DNA from: Eukaryota sp. TZLM1-RC
Lineage: Eukaryota; Protista; Metamonada: BaSk clade
Reading direction: 5' to 3'
Assembly: GCA_040285825.1 (NCBI GenBank)
Contig: JAUPSS010000001.1
Coordinates: forward strand, 434,001 to 498,000
Length of the DNA stretch: 64,000 nucleotides
The position numbers and the translations under genes are program-made. The notes below the pieces were generated by a model that saw only the letters and a list, made by a program, of their open reading frames with translations, ran no database searches and had not been told where the DNA came from. Positions 25,301 through 38,163 of this stretch are shown in pieces (positions within the stretch are counted from its first letter, which is position 1; each line of letters begins with the position of its first letter).

Positions 25301-28300
25301 TTAAAAGAATTTCCAAGAAGATAGAAAAGGCAGAGCTCAGATAAGCTCAACAACTTATGAAGTTAGCAAACATAGGAATTCTTGTAATCAGGGTGACTTA
25401 GTTTAACGTCTAACGACTAATGATAAACTCCATGGTTGCTGCGCTGGCCCTGTTCTCCTTGAAAAAAATTGAATTCTAATGAAAGTTTATTAATCTTGTC
25501 ACTGGTTCGATGTCAACGGCTAGCACTTATCATTGTTAACTACACCTCTTTGACTTTTTCTAGTGAAGATAAAAATTGACATAACAACATTGTTGTCGGT
25601 GTTATGGATGAATCTGTTATTATAGAAATTATAGATCACTTCGATTTTTATAAACTATAATAACAAGGTTCCTTGTAGCAACGCAATTTGGGATGGTGAA
25701 TAACTTCCAAATAATGGTTCAAGAAAAAAACAATAAAAAGATTTTTATGTTTTTTTGTATGGCGTTCACGGATTCAATTTGCCATTATTAATGGATTACC
25801 ATGGTTTTTCAATCGAATAAGAGAAGCTTTAGCTAGACAGCAAAGCAAATCAAGATTTTTGTAGAGGAAATCTTGATTCATTGATAGTCGTCCCATTAGT
25901 AATGAATTAATATAAGTAAGTGTACATGTTCAATAAATATACTTATTTAGATCCTTGTAATTATTCTTCTGGTTTTTCCATGTTGCATTGATAAACACTT
26001 AATCCGTTTGTTCTATTTTCACGTGCACAAAACATTTTTTCATCTTTAGCCAGCAGAGATCGCTTACAGAAAGTTTATATAGACTTTCGTTTTTGCTTGA
26101 GTGGCATGTATTCATATATTAAGTTGGGTCCCCGTTTTTCTTTCTCTGGTCGAACTTATCATTCCACTATAATCTTATGGCCAGATTTTTGTGTTTTCGC
26201 AAATGGAAATGCTTTTAACTAACCGCGCTCTGACATTTGATAGCCAATTTAAAATAATAGACAAATCTAGGTGTTTTGCTAAGACCATGAATTGAATCTT
26301 AATTCTCGATAACCATACCATAGCAATTGCAGCAACTATATCCCAATTGTACAAGTTCAATTTATTCAACTATTAGTAGATTTACTGGTCACGCCACATA
26401 CAATTTGATGTTTGGCAGTGACCACAGCCCTAGAGCTGATCCTAGTAATATGTTTGAACTAATAAAATCAGATAATGAAATAATCCCTTTGTTAAAGACC
26501 TTGAAACAAAACTTAAAAGAATTTCCAAGAAGATAGAAAAGGAAGAGCTCAGATAAGCTCAACAACTTATGAAGTTAGCAAACATAGGAATTCTTGTAAT
26601 CAGGGTGACTTAGTTTAACGTCTAACGACTAATGATAAACTCCATGGTTGCTGCACTGGCCCTGTTCTCCTTGAAAAATTGAATTCTAATGAAAGTTTAT
26701 TAATCTTGTCACTGGTTCGATGTCAACGGCTAGCACTTATCATTGTTAACTACGCCTCTTTGACTTTTCTAGTGAAGATAAAAATTGACATAACAACATT
26801 GTTGTCGGTGTTATGGATGAATCTGTTATTATTGAAATTATAGATCACTTCGATTTTATAAACTATAATAACAAGGTTCCTTGTAGCAACGCAATTTGGG
26901 ATGGTGAATAACTTCCAAATAATGGTTCAAGAAAAACAATAAAAAGATTTTATGTTTTTGTATGGCGTTCACGGATTCAATTTGCCATTATTAATGGATT
27001 ACCATGGTTTTTCAATCGAATAAGAGAAGCTTTAGCTAGAAAGCAAGCAAATCAAGATTTTGTAGAGGAAATCTTGATTCATTGATAGTCGTCCCATTAG
27101 TAATGAATTAATATAAGTAAGTGTACATGTTCAATAAATATACTTATATAGATCCTTGTAATTATTCTTCTGGTTTTCCATGTTGCATTGATAAACACTT
27201 AATCCGTTTGTTCTATTTTCACGTGCACAAAACATTTTTTCATCTTTAGCCAGCAGAGATCGCTTACAGAAAGTTTATATAGACTTTCGTTTTTGCTTGA
27301 GTGGCATGTATTCATATATTAAGTTGGGTCCCCGTTTTTCTTTCTCTGGTCGATCTTATCATTCCACTATAATCTTATGGCCAGATTTTTGTGTTTTCGC
27401 AAATGGAAATGCTTTTAACTAACCGCGCTCTGACATTTGATAGCCAATTTAAAATAATAGACAAATCTAGGTGTTTTGCTAAGACCATGAATTGAATTTT
27501 AATTCTCGATAATCAGACCATAGCAATTGCAGCAACTATATCCCAATTGTACAAGTTCAATTTATTCAACTATTAGTAGATTTACTGGTCACGCCACATA
27601 CAATTTGATGTTTGGCAGTGACCACAGCCCTAGAGCTGATCCTAGTAATATGTTTGAACTAATAAAATCAGATAATGAAATAATCCCTTTGTTAAAGACC
27701 TTGAAACAAAACTTAAAAGAATTTCCAAGAAGATAGAAAAGGCAGAGCTCAGATAAGCTCAACAACTTATGAAGTTAGCAAACATAGGAATTCTTGTAAT
27801 CAGGGTTACCTAGTTTAACGTCTAACGACTACTGATAAACTCCATGGTTGCTGCGCTGGCCCTGTTCTCCTTGAAAAATTGAATTCTAATGAAAGTTTAT
27901 TAATCTTGTCACTGGTTCGATGTCAACGGCTAGCACTTATCATTGTTAACTACACCTCTTTGACTTTTCTAGTGAAGATAAAAATTGACATAACAACATT
28001 GTTGTCGGTGTTATGGATGAATCTGTTATTATAGAAATTATAGATCACTTCGATTTTATAAACTATAATAACAAGGTTCCTTGTAGCAACGCAATTTGGG
28101 ATGGTGAATAACTTCCAAATAATGGTTCAAGAAAAACAATAAAAAGATTTTATGTTTTTGTATGGCGTTCACGGATTCAATTTGCCATTATTAATGGATT
28201 ACCATGGTTTTTCAATCGAATAAGAGAAGCTTTAGCTAGACAGCAAGCAAATCAAGATTTTGTAGAGGAAATCTTGATTCATTGATAGTCGTCCCATTAG

Positions 28301-31300
28301 TAATGAATTAATATAAGTAAGTGTACATGTTCAATAAATATACTTATTTAGATCCTTGTAATTATTCTTCTGTTTTTCCATGTTGCATTGATAAACACTT
28401 AATCCGTTTGTTCTATTTTCACGTGCACAAAACATTTTTTCATCTTTAGCCAGCAGAGATCGCTTACAGAAAGTTTATATAGACTTTCGTTTTTGCTTGA
28501 GTGGCATGTATTCATATATTAAGTTGGGTCCCCGTTTTTCTTTCTCTGGTCGATCTTATCATTCCACTATAATCTTATGGCCAGATTTTTGTGTTTTCGC
28601 AAATGGAAAAGCTTTTAACTAACCGCGCTCTGACTTTTGCTGGCCAATTTAAAATAATAGACAAATCTAGGTGTTTTGCTAAGACCATGAATTGAATCTT
28701 AATTCTCGATAACCATACCATAGCAATTGCAGCAACTATATCCCAATTGTACAAGTTCAATTTATTCAACTATTAGTAGATTTACTGGTCACGCCACATA
28801 CAATTTGATGTTTGGCAGTGACCACAGCCCTAGAGCTGATCCTAGTAATATGTTTGAACTAATAAAATCAGATAATGAAATAATCCCTTTGTTAAAGACC
28901 TTGAAACAAAACTTAAAAGAATTTCCAAGAAGATAGAAAAGGCAGAGCTCAGATAAGCTCAACAACTTATGAAGTTAGCAAACATAGGAATTCTTGTAAT
29001 CAGGGTGACTTAGTTTAACGTGTAACGACTACTGATAAACTCCATGGTTGCTGCGCTGGTCCTGTTCTCCTTGAAAAATTGAATTCTAATGAAAGTTTAT
29101 TAATCTTGTCACTGGTTCGATGTCAACGGCTAGCACTTATCATTGTTAACTACACCTCTTTGACTTTTCTAGTGAAGATAAAAATTGACATAACAACATT
29201 GTTGTCGGTGTTATGGATGAATCTGTTATTATAGAAATTATAGATCACTTCGATTTTATAAACTATAATAACAAGGTTCCTTGTAGCAACGCAATTTGGG
29301 ATGGTGGATAACTTCCAAATAATGGTTCAAGAAAAACAATAAAAAGATTTTATGTTTTTGTATGGCGTTCACGGATTCAATTTGCCATTATTAATGGATT
29401 ACCATGGTTTTTCAATCGAATAAGAGAAGCTTTAGCTAGACAGCAAGCAAATCAAGATTTTGTAGAGGAAATCTTGATTCATTGATAGTTGTCCCATTAG
29501 TAATGAATTAATATAAGTAAGTGTACATGTTCAATAAATATACTTATTTAGATCCTTGTAATTATTCTTCTGGTTTTCCATGTTGCATTGATAAACACTT
29601 AATCCGTTTGTTCTATTTTCACGTGCACAAAACATTTTTTCATCTTTAGCCAGCAGAGATCGCTTACAGAAAGTTTATATAGACTTTCGTTTTTGCTTGA
29701 GTGGCATGTATTCATATATTAAGTTGGGTCCCCGTTTTTCTTTCTCTGGTCGATCTTATCATTCCACTATAATCTTATGGCCAGATTTTTGTGTTTTCGC
29801 AAATGGAAAAGCTTTTAACTAACCGCGCTCTGACTTTTGCTGGCCAATTTAAAATAATAGACAAATCTAGGTGTTTTGCTAAGACCATGAATTGAATCTT
29901 AATTCTCGATAACCATACCATAGCAATTGCAGCAACTATATCCCAATTGTACAAGTTCAATTTATTCAACTATTAGTAGATTTACAGGTCACTCCACATA
30001 AAGTTTGATGTTTGGCAGTGAACACAGCCCTAGAGCTGATCCTAGTAATATGTTTGAACTAATAAAATCAGATAATGAAATAATCCCTTTGTTAAAGACC
30101 TTGAAACAAAACTTAAAAGAATTTCCAAGAAGATAGAAAAGGCAGAGCGCAGATAAGCTCAACAACTTATGAAGTTAGCAAACATAGGAATTCTTGTAAT
30201 CAGGGTGACTTAGTTTAACGTCTAACGACTAATGATAAACTCCATGGTTGCTGCGCTGGCCCTGTTCTCCTTGAAAAATTGAATTCTTATGAAAGTTTAT
30301 TAATCTTGTCACTGGTTCGATGTCAACGGCTAGCACTTATCATTGTTAACTACACCTCTTTGACTTTTCTAGTGAAGATAAAAATTGACATAACAACATT
30401 GTTGTCGGTGTTATGGATGAATCTGTTATTATTGAAATTATAGATCACTTCGATTTTATAAACTATAATAACAAGGTTCCTTGTAGCAACGCAATTTGGG
30501 ATGGTGAATAACTTCCAAATAATGGTTCAAGAAAAACAATAAAAAGATTTTATGTTTTTGTATGGCGTTCACGGATTCAATTTGCCATTATTAATGGATT
30601 ACCATGGTTTTTCAATCGAATAAGAGAAGCTTTGGCTAGACAGCAAGCAGATCAAGATTTTGTAGAGGAAATCTTGATTCATTGATAGTCGTCCCATTAG
30701 TAATGAATTAATTTAAGTAAGTGTACATGTTCAATAAATATACTTATTTAGATCCTTGTAATTATTCTTCTGTTTTTCCATGTTGCATTAATAAACACTT
30801 AATCCGTTTGTTCTATTTTCACGTGCACAAAACGTTTTTTCATCTTTAGCCAGCAGAGATCGCTTACAGAAAGTTTATATAGACTGTCGTTTTTGCTCGA
30901 GTGGCATGTATTCATATATTAAGTTGAGTCCGCGTTTTTCTTTCTCTGGTCGATCTTATCATTCCACTATAATCGTATGGCCATATTTTTGTGTTTTCGC
31001 AAATGGAAAAGCTTTTAACTAACCGCGCTCTGACTTTTGATTGCCAATTTAAAATAATAGACAAATCTAGGTGTTTTGCTAAGACCATGAATTGAATTTT
31101 AATTCTCGATAATCAGACCATAGCAATTGCAGCAACTATATCCCAATTGTACAAGTTCAATTTATTCAACTATTAGTAGATTTACTGGTCACGCCACATA
31201 CAATTTGATGTTTGGCAGTGACCACAGCCCTAGAGCTGATCCTAGTAATATGTTTGAACTAATAAAATCAGATAATGAAATAATCCCTTTGTTAAAGACC

Positions 31301-34105
31301 TTGAAACAAAACTTAAAAGAATTTCCAAGAAGATAGAAAAGGCAGAGCTCAGATAAGCTCAACAACTTATGAAGTTAGCAAACATAGGAATTCTTGTAAT
31401 CAGGGTGACTTAGTTTAACGTCTAACGACTAATGATAAACTCCATGGTTGCTGCGCTGGCCCTGTTCTCCTTGAAAAATTGAATTCTAATGAAAGTTTAT
31501 TAATCTTGTCACTGGTTCGATGTCAACGGCTAGCACTTATCATTGTTAACTACACCTCTTTGACTTTTCTAGTGAAGATAAAAATTGACATAACAACATT
31601 GTTGTCGGTGTTATGGATGAATCTGTTATTATAGAAATTATAGATCACTTCGATTTTATAAACTATAATAACAAGGTTCCTTGTAGCAACGCAATTTGGG
31701 ATGGTGAATAACTTCCAAATAATGGTTCAAGAAAAACAATAAAAAGATTTTATGTTTTTGTATGGCGTTCACGGATTCAATTTGGTATTATTAATGGATT
31801 ACCATGGTTTTTCAATCGAATAAGAGAAGCTTTAGCTAGACAGCAAGCAAATCAAGATTTTGTAGAGGAAATCTTGATTCATTGATAGTTGTCCCATTAG
31901 TAATGAATTAATATAAGTAAGTGTACATGTTCAATAAATATACTTATTTAGATCCTTGTAATTATTCTTCTGGTTTTCCATGTTGCATTGATAAACACTT
32001 AATCCGTTTGTTCTATTTTCACGTGCACAAAACATTTTTTCATCTTTAGCCAGCAGAGATCGCTTACAGAAAGTTTATATAGACTTTCGTTTTTGCTTGA
32101 GTGGCATGTATTCATATATAAAGTTGGGTCCCCGTTTTTCTTTCTCTGGTCGATCTTATCATTCCACTATAATCTTATGGCCAGATTTTTTGTGTTTTCG
32201 CAAAATGGAAATGCTTTTAACTAACCGCACTCTGACTTTTGCTGGCCAATTTAATATAATAGACAAATCTAGGTGTTTTTGCTAAGACCATGAATTGAAT
32301 CTTAATTCTCGATAATCAGACCATAGCAATTGCAGCAACTATCTCCCAATTGTACAAGTTCAATTTATTCAATTATTAGTAGATTTACTGGTCACTCCAC
32401 ATACAATTTGATGTTTGGCAGTGACCACAGCCCTAGAGCTGATCCTAGTAATATGTTTGAACTAATAAAATCAGATAATGAAATAATCCCTTTGTTAAAG
32501 ACCTTGAAACAAAACTTAAAAGAATTTCCAAGAAGATAGAAAAGGCAGAGCTCAGATAAGCTCAACAACTTATGAAGTTAGCAAACATAGGAATTCTTGT
32601 AATCAGGGTGACTTAGTTTAACGTCTAACGACTAATGATAAACTCCATGGTTGCTGCGCTGGCCCTGTTCTCCTTGAAAAATTGAATTCTAATGAAAGTT
32701 TATTAATCTTGTCACTGGTTCGATGTCAACGGCTAGCACTTATCATTGTTAACTACACCTCTTTGACTTTTCTAGTGAAGATAAAAATTGACATAACAAC
32801 ATTGTTGTCGGTGTTATGGATGAATCTGTTATTATAGAAATTATAGATCACTTCGATTTTATAAACTATAATAACAAGGTTCCTTGTAGCAACGCAATTT
32901 GGGATGGTGAATAACTTCCAAATAATGGTTCAAGAAAAACAATAAAAAAAGATTTTTATGTTTTTGTATGGCGTTCACGGATTCAATTTGGTATTATTAA
33001 TGGATTACCATGGTTTTTCAATCGAATAAGAGAAGCTTTAGCTAGACAGCAAGCAAATCAAGATTTTGTAGAGGAAATCTTGATTCATTGATAGTTGTCC
33101 CATTAGTAATGAATTAATATAAGTAAGTGTACATGTTCAATAAATATACTTATTTAGATCCTGGTAATTATTCTTCTGGTTTTCCATGTTGCATTGATAA
33201 ACACTTAATCCGTTTGTTCTATTTTCACGTGCACAAAACATTTTTTCATCTTTAGCCAGCAGAGATCGCTTACAGAAAGTTTATATAGACTTTCGTTTTT
33301 GCTTGAGTGGCATGTATTCATATATTAAGTTGGGTCCCCGTTTTTCTTTCTCTGGTCGATCTTATCATTCCACTATAATCTTATGGCCAGATTTTTGTGT
33401 TTTCGCAAATGGAAATGCTTTTAACTAACCGCACTCTGACTTTTGCTGGCCAATTTAATATAATAGACAAATCTAGGTGTTTTGCTAAGACCATGAATTG
33501 AATCTTAATTCTCGATAATCAGACCATAGCAATTGCAGCAACTATCTCCCAATTGTACAAGTTCAATTTATTCAATTATTAGTAGATTTACTGGTCACTC
33601 CACATACAATTTGATGTTTGGCAGTGACCACAGCCCTAGAGCTGATCCTAGTAATATGTTTGAACTAATAAAATCAGATAATGAAATAATCCCTTTGTTA
33701 AAGACCTTGAAACAAAACTTAAAAGAATTTCCAAGAAGATAGAAAAGGCAGAGCTCAGATAAGCTCAACAACTTATGAAGTTAGCAAACATAGGAATTCT
33801 TGTAATCAGGGTGACTTAGTTTAACGTCTAACGACTAATGATAAACTCCATGGTTGCTGCGCTGGCCCTGTTCTCCTTGAAAGATTGAATTCTAATGAAA
33901 GTTTATTAATCTTGTCACTGGTTCGATGTCAACGGCTAGCACTTATCATTGTTAACTACACCTCTTTGACTTTTCTAGTAAAGATAAAAATTGACATAAC
34001 AACATTGTTGTCGGTGTTATGGATGAATCTGTTATTATTGAAATTATAGATCACTTCGATTTTATAAAATATAATAACAAGGTTCCTTGTAGCAACGCAA
34101 TTTGG
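22093..34105 (+). repeat. Tandem array of 10 x ~1,200-bp units (RLE 3' end + unassigned ~385 bp + Gypsy integrase tail)
   Basis: Same marker sequence at 22715, 23915, 25115, 26327, 27527, 28727, 29927, 31127, 32330 and 33533; period 1200-1212 bp. Confidence 0.97.
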
Positions 34106-34298
34106 CATGTTGGTGAGACATCGTCTGTCCCAGTTGCTGACGTCAAAAGCACTGAGGCATACCAATCATATTTGCGTACCTCAAGCTCTTCACAGTTCCA
34201 GGAAGCGGGAAATGAATTCCGATTCTAAATCTGAGGCAAATTCCCCTGCAGTTAATTCGTATAGCTCTCGTACGAGATCTAAGAGTGGGAAAAGGTAG
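33533..34298 (+). pseudogene. Gypsy integrase C-terminal remnant continuing out of the last repeat unit, ending in a PPT
   Basis: YIPIVQ..TGH.TYNLMFGSDHSPRADP; C..IWHVGETSSVPVADVKSTEAYQ chromo-like tail; aagagtgggaaaaggtag. Confidence 0.7.
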
Positions 34299-35924
34299 TT
34301 TTGTACTCTCGGCAACATAGTGATCAACCTAACTGCTGAGCACAATTTTATTCACTGTTAAAGCGTAATTTCACAGGGCCCATTTGGTGAATTTTTCTTC
34401 TATTGTTAAGAATGGCTTTAGCATTTAGTAAACTGCTGCGTTCTTCGTCTAAAAAAGGAACAAGACGGTCAAGCGTAAGTAGCCCAAGTTGTGGAAACAT
34501 GACTATTGAATTGAAAATTTGTTCAATTCTGGTATAATGGGGGAATATGTTTCATGAAGAATATGGTTTCAAAGCGAATTGGTCGATACATTAGCAGCAG
34601 GGGAAAATTGTGAAATGGTGTCATCATTAAAGGAATTGAACGCTCATTTGGTGAATCTAGTCAAAAGACAGAACAATACTGTTCATTCTCAACTGAAGTC
34701 CTAACAATTGAGGCCACTGGGATCTGCCGTGGTTCATTGAAAATGCAATTGCAACTGCTCGATTGCATAAATCTATTTGTCAATGAACTTACTCAAATAC
34801 TTATCAGTGGTGCTACTACTTATGAATGAGACTGATATTTAAAAGAATCGCTTAGCTACTTGTTCCGACTGATCAGATTTAAATGCTAAGTACGGTTTCG
34901 GAGCTGTATTATGTGTTGATTTGTTGATGACAGATATACACCTACGTGATGTATTGTTCTATAATCACGGCCACGGGTCATGACCCTACCTCAGCTTCTA
35001 CTATGACCGCTATATCTACCTTTGAAACAATCAAAACATCCTTCCAACGGTTAACCACGGCCTCCACGTATATCGGTGCATTTGCGTTGACTTACGGGAA
35101 CTAAAGATTATGTGAAATTGGGATCTTCACATTCAAAGATCACATGGGCTGGTATTTGGTAAAATGTGCAGAATTTATTTAATCTACGTTTTGCATATTG
35201 ACCCGTCAATTCTGTGCTTGCTAGGACAAGGAGCTCCATAGTTTTTCCCATTATCGTAGTAAATAAAAGAACTTCTTTTAACTTAAGTATAGTTTCACTG
35301 ATGATTTGTAATGGCGCTCAATTTTCAGTGTTAGGGTACAGAGATGAATATGACGAGAGGGACTTAGCAAGATCCATTGGGTTCTTTTTGTTAGTACCCT
35401 TTTTACCAATGTAGCGAGAAGAGCTTCAAACTGTTGGGAGACGACAGAAAGATTTTTTTGTGATAACCTGAACGTCACCGGGGTGGTTTTAGCCGATGAG
35501 TGGGCTTTCTAGTCGGAAAGATGACCCTTTGTGTAAGAATTAGAGTTGGAAGGTGGTTCTTTTCCGAATTCGATGGATTTGCAGAAAAATGATGATTTTT
35601 GTTCCTTTGTGAAGAGGAATTTTGAAGACCCGAACTAGTTAGTGAAAGTCGGTTTTCGAGTACCCAAACATATTCTTCCGTTTAAAGTAATCACAGTACT
35701 CGAAAAATTGTTAGGAGGAGGATTAGAAGGCTTCTGTTTGAAATCTGATATAACTCGGATATTTTTTGCTGCACACAGCGCTGTTGTTTGCTGATGGTTG
35801 TGCCTGTACAAAACAGGTTTGGTTCTGATGACAAAGGTAATTTTGATTGAGTTTGGATTGATAACTCGGACGTTATTGTTGTTTTTGTCTCCTGTAATGA
35901 TATGAAATGACGTTTGGATCAAAG

Positions 35925-36210
35925 ACGGGAAACTTGATCCTGTTCATGGTTTCGATTACAAAGGGATAGAGAAACATAGAAAATATGGTAAAGAAATCGA
36001 AGAAGCTAATGCAGATAAAATTAACCCAAACGGAGAACAATCAGTAGAAGCAGATAAATTTTGAATAGTTTCCTAAAATTGGTTCAATAAAAATAATGTT
36101 CAGAATTGATACTTTTTTATCGCTCTCGAATATTTTGATAGATAGAGCACTTCGGTTTTTTCATCATCATATAAGAAAAGCTATGGCGAGAAATCTTGGT
36201 TCACTAGATA
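35925..36210 (+). mobile_element. Highly decayed RLE fragment
   Basis: gagaaacatagaaaatatggtaaagaaat matches the KHRKYDKEIE segment of the 21752 and 36814 copies. Confidence 0.6.
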
Positions 36211-36753
36211 TAATGCAATTAGTTCTCATTGTTTTATTGAGTGCTGTTGTTCAAACACATTGAATTTCCCACCATCTATCCAATAATTGAGGAAAATCTG
36301 CTTTACTGCAAAAAATGGATTCTACATTAATGATCGGTAATTCTGATAACAAACTTTTGTTTCAACATTAAGAAAATTCGGCGATATTGTTCTAGTATAA
36401 TTACCGCTGTTGCAAATAACCTATTGCTATGTCTTTTGATTGCCGAAATGCACGCTAACTTTCTATTTCTTTGATATGAGTTAAAGGGTTTGAAGAGACT
36501 GCGATTTAATTTAATATTATTCTGAATAAATTTAGCACTAGCGTGATATCAACAAATACTGAAAAACCTCTAATAGTGCAGCAGCCGCTATCCTAACAAC
36601 GGCCCCCAATTTTTGACCTACTATCAGGGGTTTTAAAGTAGATTAAGAATCGAAAATTTTGTTTTATTTGCTCAAAACCATAATTCAACTTTTCAACTAT
36701 TCTTTGAAGAAATTGACAGCAATGAAGAAAGTTCAGGATATGTGACAGATGTT

Positions 36754-37880
36754 TATATTTATTGAATTTGCACACTTGATTAAATTAAATCATAACTAAT
36801 GGGACGACTATCATTAAACCAAGATTTCCTCTACAAAATTTTGATTTGCTTGCTGTCTAGCTAAAGCTTCTCTAATTCGATTGAAAAACCGCGGTAATCT
36901 ATTAATAATGGCAAATTGAATCCGTGAACGCCATAAAAAAATATCAAATCTTTTCATTGTTTTTTCTTTCACCATTTTTTGGAAGTCATCCAAAAAAGTT
37001 TCTGCTTCAACTGATAATCTTCCATTTATCGAAAATGGGAAAGCAATAAAAACCAGCTGTGTATTTCTATCGACATTTGCATCTTCAATTTCTTTATCAT
37101 ATTTTCTATGTTTTTCTTTTGCTTTAAAATCCAGAGCAGCCACAGGATTAAGTTTTCTTCTGTGAACCAAAGTATCGTTTGCAACATTACATGAGACAAA
37201 GTCAACAATAGCTTCAGAATTATCAATCCAATCACAGTATACATCACCTCTGTCATCAGAACTAAAATTATTCAGAGAAAGTGTTTCCTTCAGCAGGGGC
37301 TCTTTGATACACGATATCCTTGCAGTTTGTGCCATATTGAAAACAGTGTCTCTAACAGCATCATGTAATGAAGAACGATAAGTTATCAATTTAGAGCAAT
37401 TTAGAGCATGGCGCAAAGTGAGTTGAGGTGAATTCGAACAAATACATTTTTCTTTTGATAATAATTGGTTAATGGGGATGTTCAAATATAATCTCATTTT
37501 TGTTACAAATGCTTCATTAGTGGCACACAATCCAAATCTTCGTGGTACAATGGTTACAAAAAGTGAAGAATCTGACGCCTTGTTTTCACAAACACCCTTT
37601 TCCAATAACAATGAGTGAAGATCTTGATTTAAAACAGCCGAGCTGCAAATATTATTATAAGGATCTTTTTCATACATTCCAGTCAATCTTTTCTGTAATG
37701 TTCGAAGAGTGTACTTCAAATTTAAAACATTTTTTTCTGGAATATTGCCATTGAATGATTGGGGAAAACATCGACCCCATTTTTCTACATCAATTCTTGA
37801 AATTTCTTCATTTAATGCAAAAACAGTGGAACTTTGCGTTGTCATCAATAAATCTTCCCAATCTGCAAATCTTTCGACAG
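36754..37880 (-). mobile_element. 5'-truncated CRE-like non-LTR element with open 344-aa CCHC+RLE frame (36814-37848)
   Basis: CICSNSPQLTLRHALNC, HDAVRD, RGDVY..VDFVS..KEKHRKY; 3' end aataaatata. Confidence 0.9.
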
Positions 37881-38163
37881 ATTCAACACATTATTTGCCA
37901 AAATTGGCTATGAAACACCAGATGATTGAACAGCCTTGTCTTAATTGCATCAAGCACTGCAAAAGTAATAATTTGATGAGCAGACTAAGAACCACAAATG
38001 TTCTCCCTTGCAATGATCTTATCTTCGAGATTATAATGTTGGACTATAACATTACAAGAACAGAAAAGGTCCCAAGCATTTAAAAGTATACTTTATTTTT
38101 ACAATGAAAAACAGTTGAATGGTTCTTTGATTCAGAATTCGAAAATGAAAACAACCAACCATT

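Noticed and set aside
22093-34105. Array as CRISPR, rDNA, 5S or SL-RNA gene cluster
   Set aside because: No short repeat-spacer structure and no recognisable rRNA/5S/SL motifs; about two-thirds of the unit is demonstrably TE-derived.
34400-35920. Coding-like decayed sequence (including ORF 35635-35922)
   Set aside because: Multiple stops and no recognisable motifs; cannot be assigned without a search.
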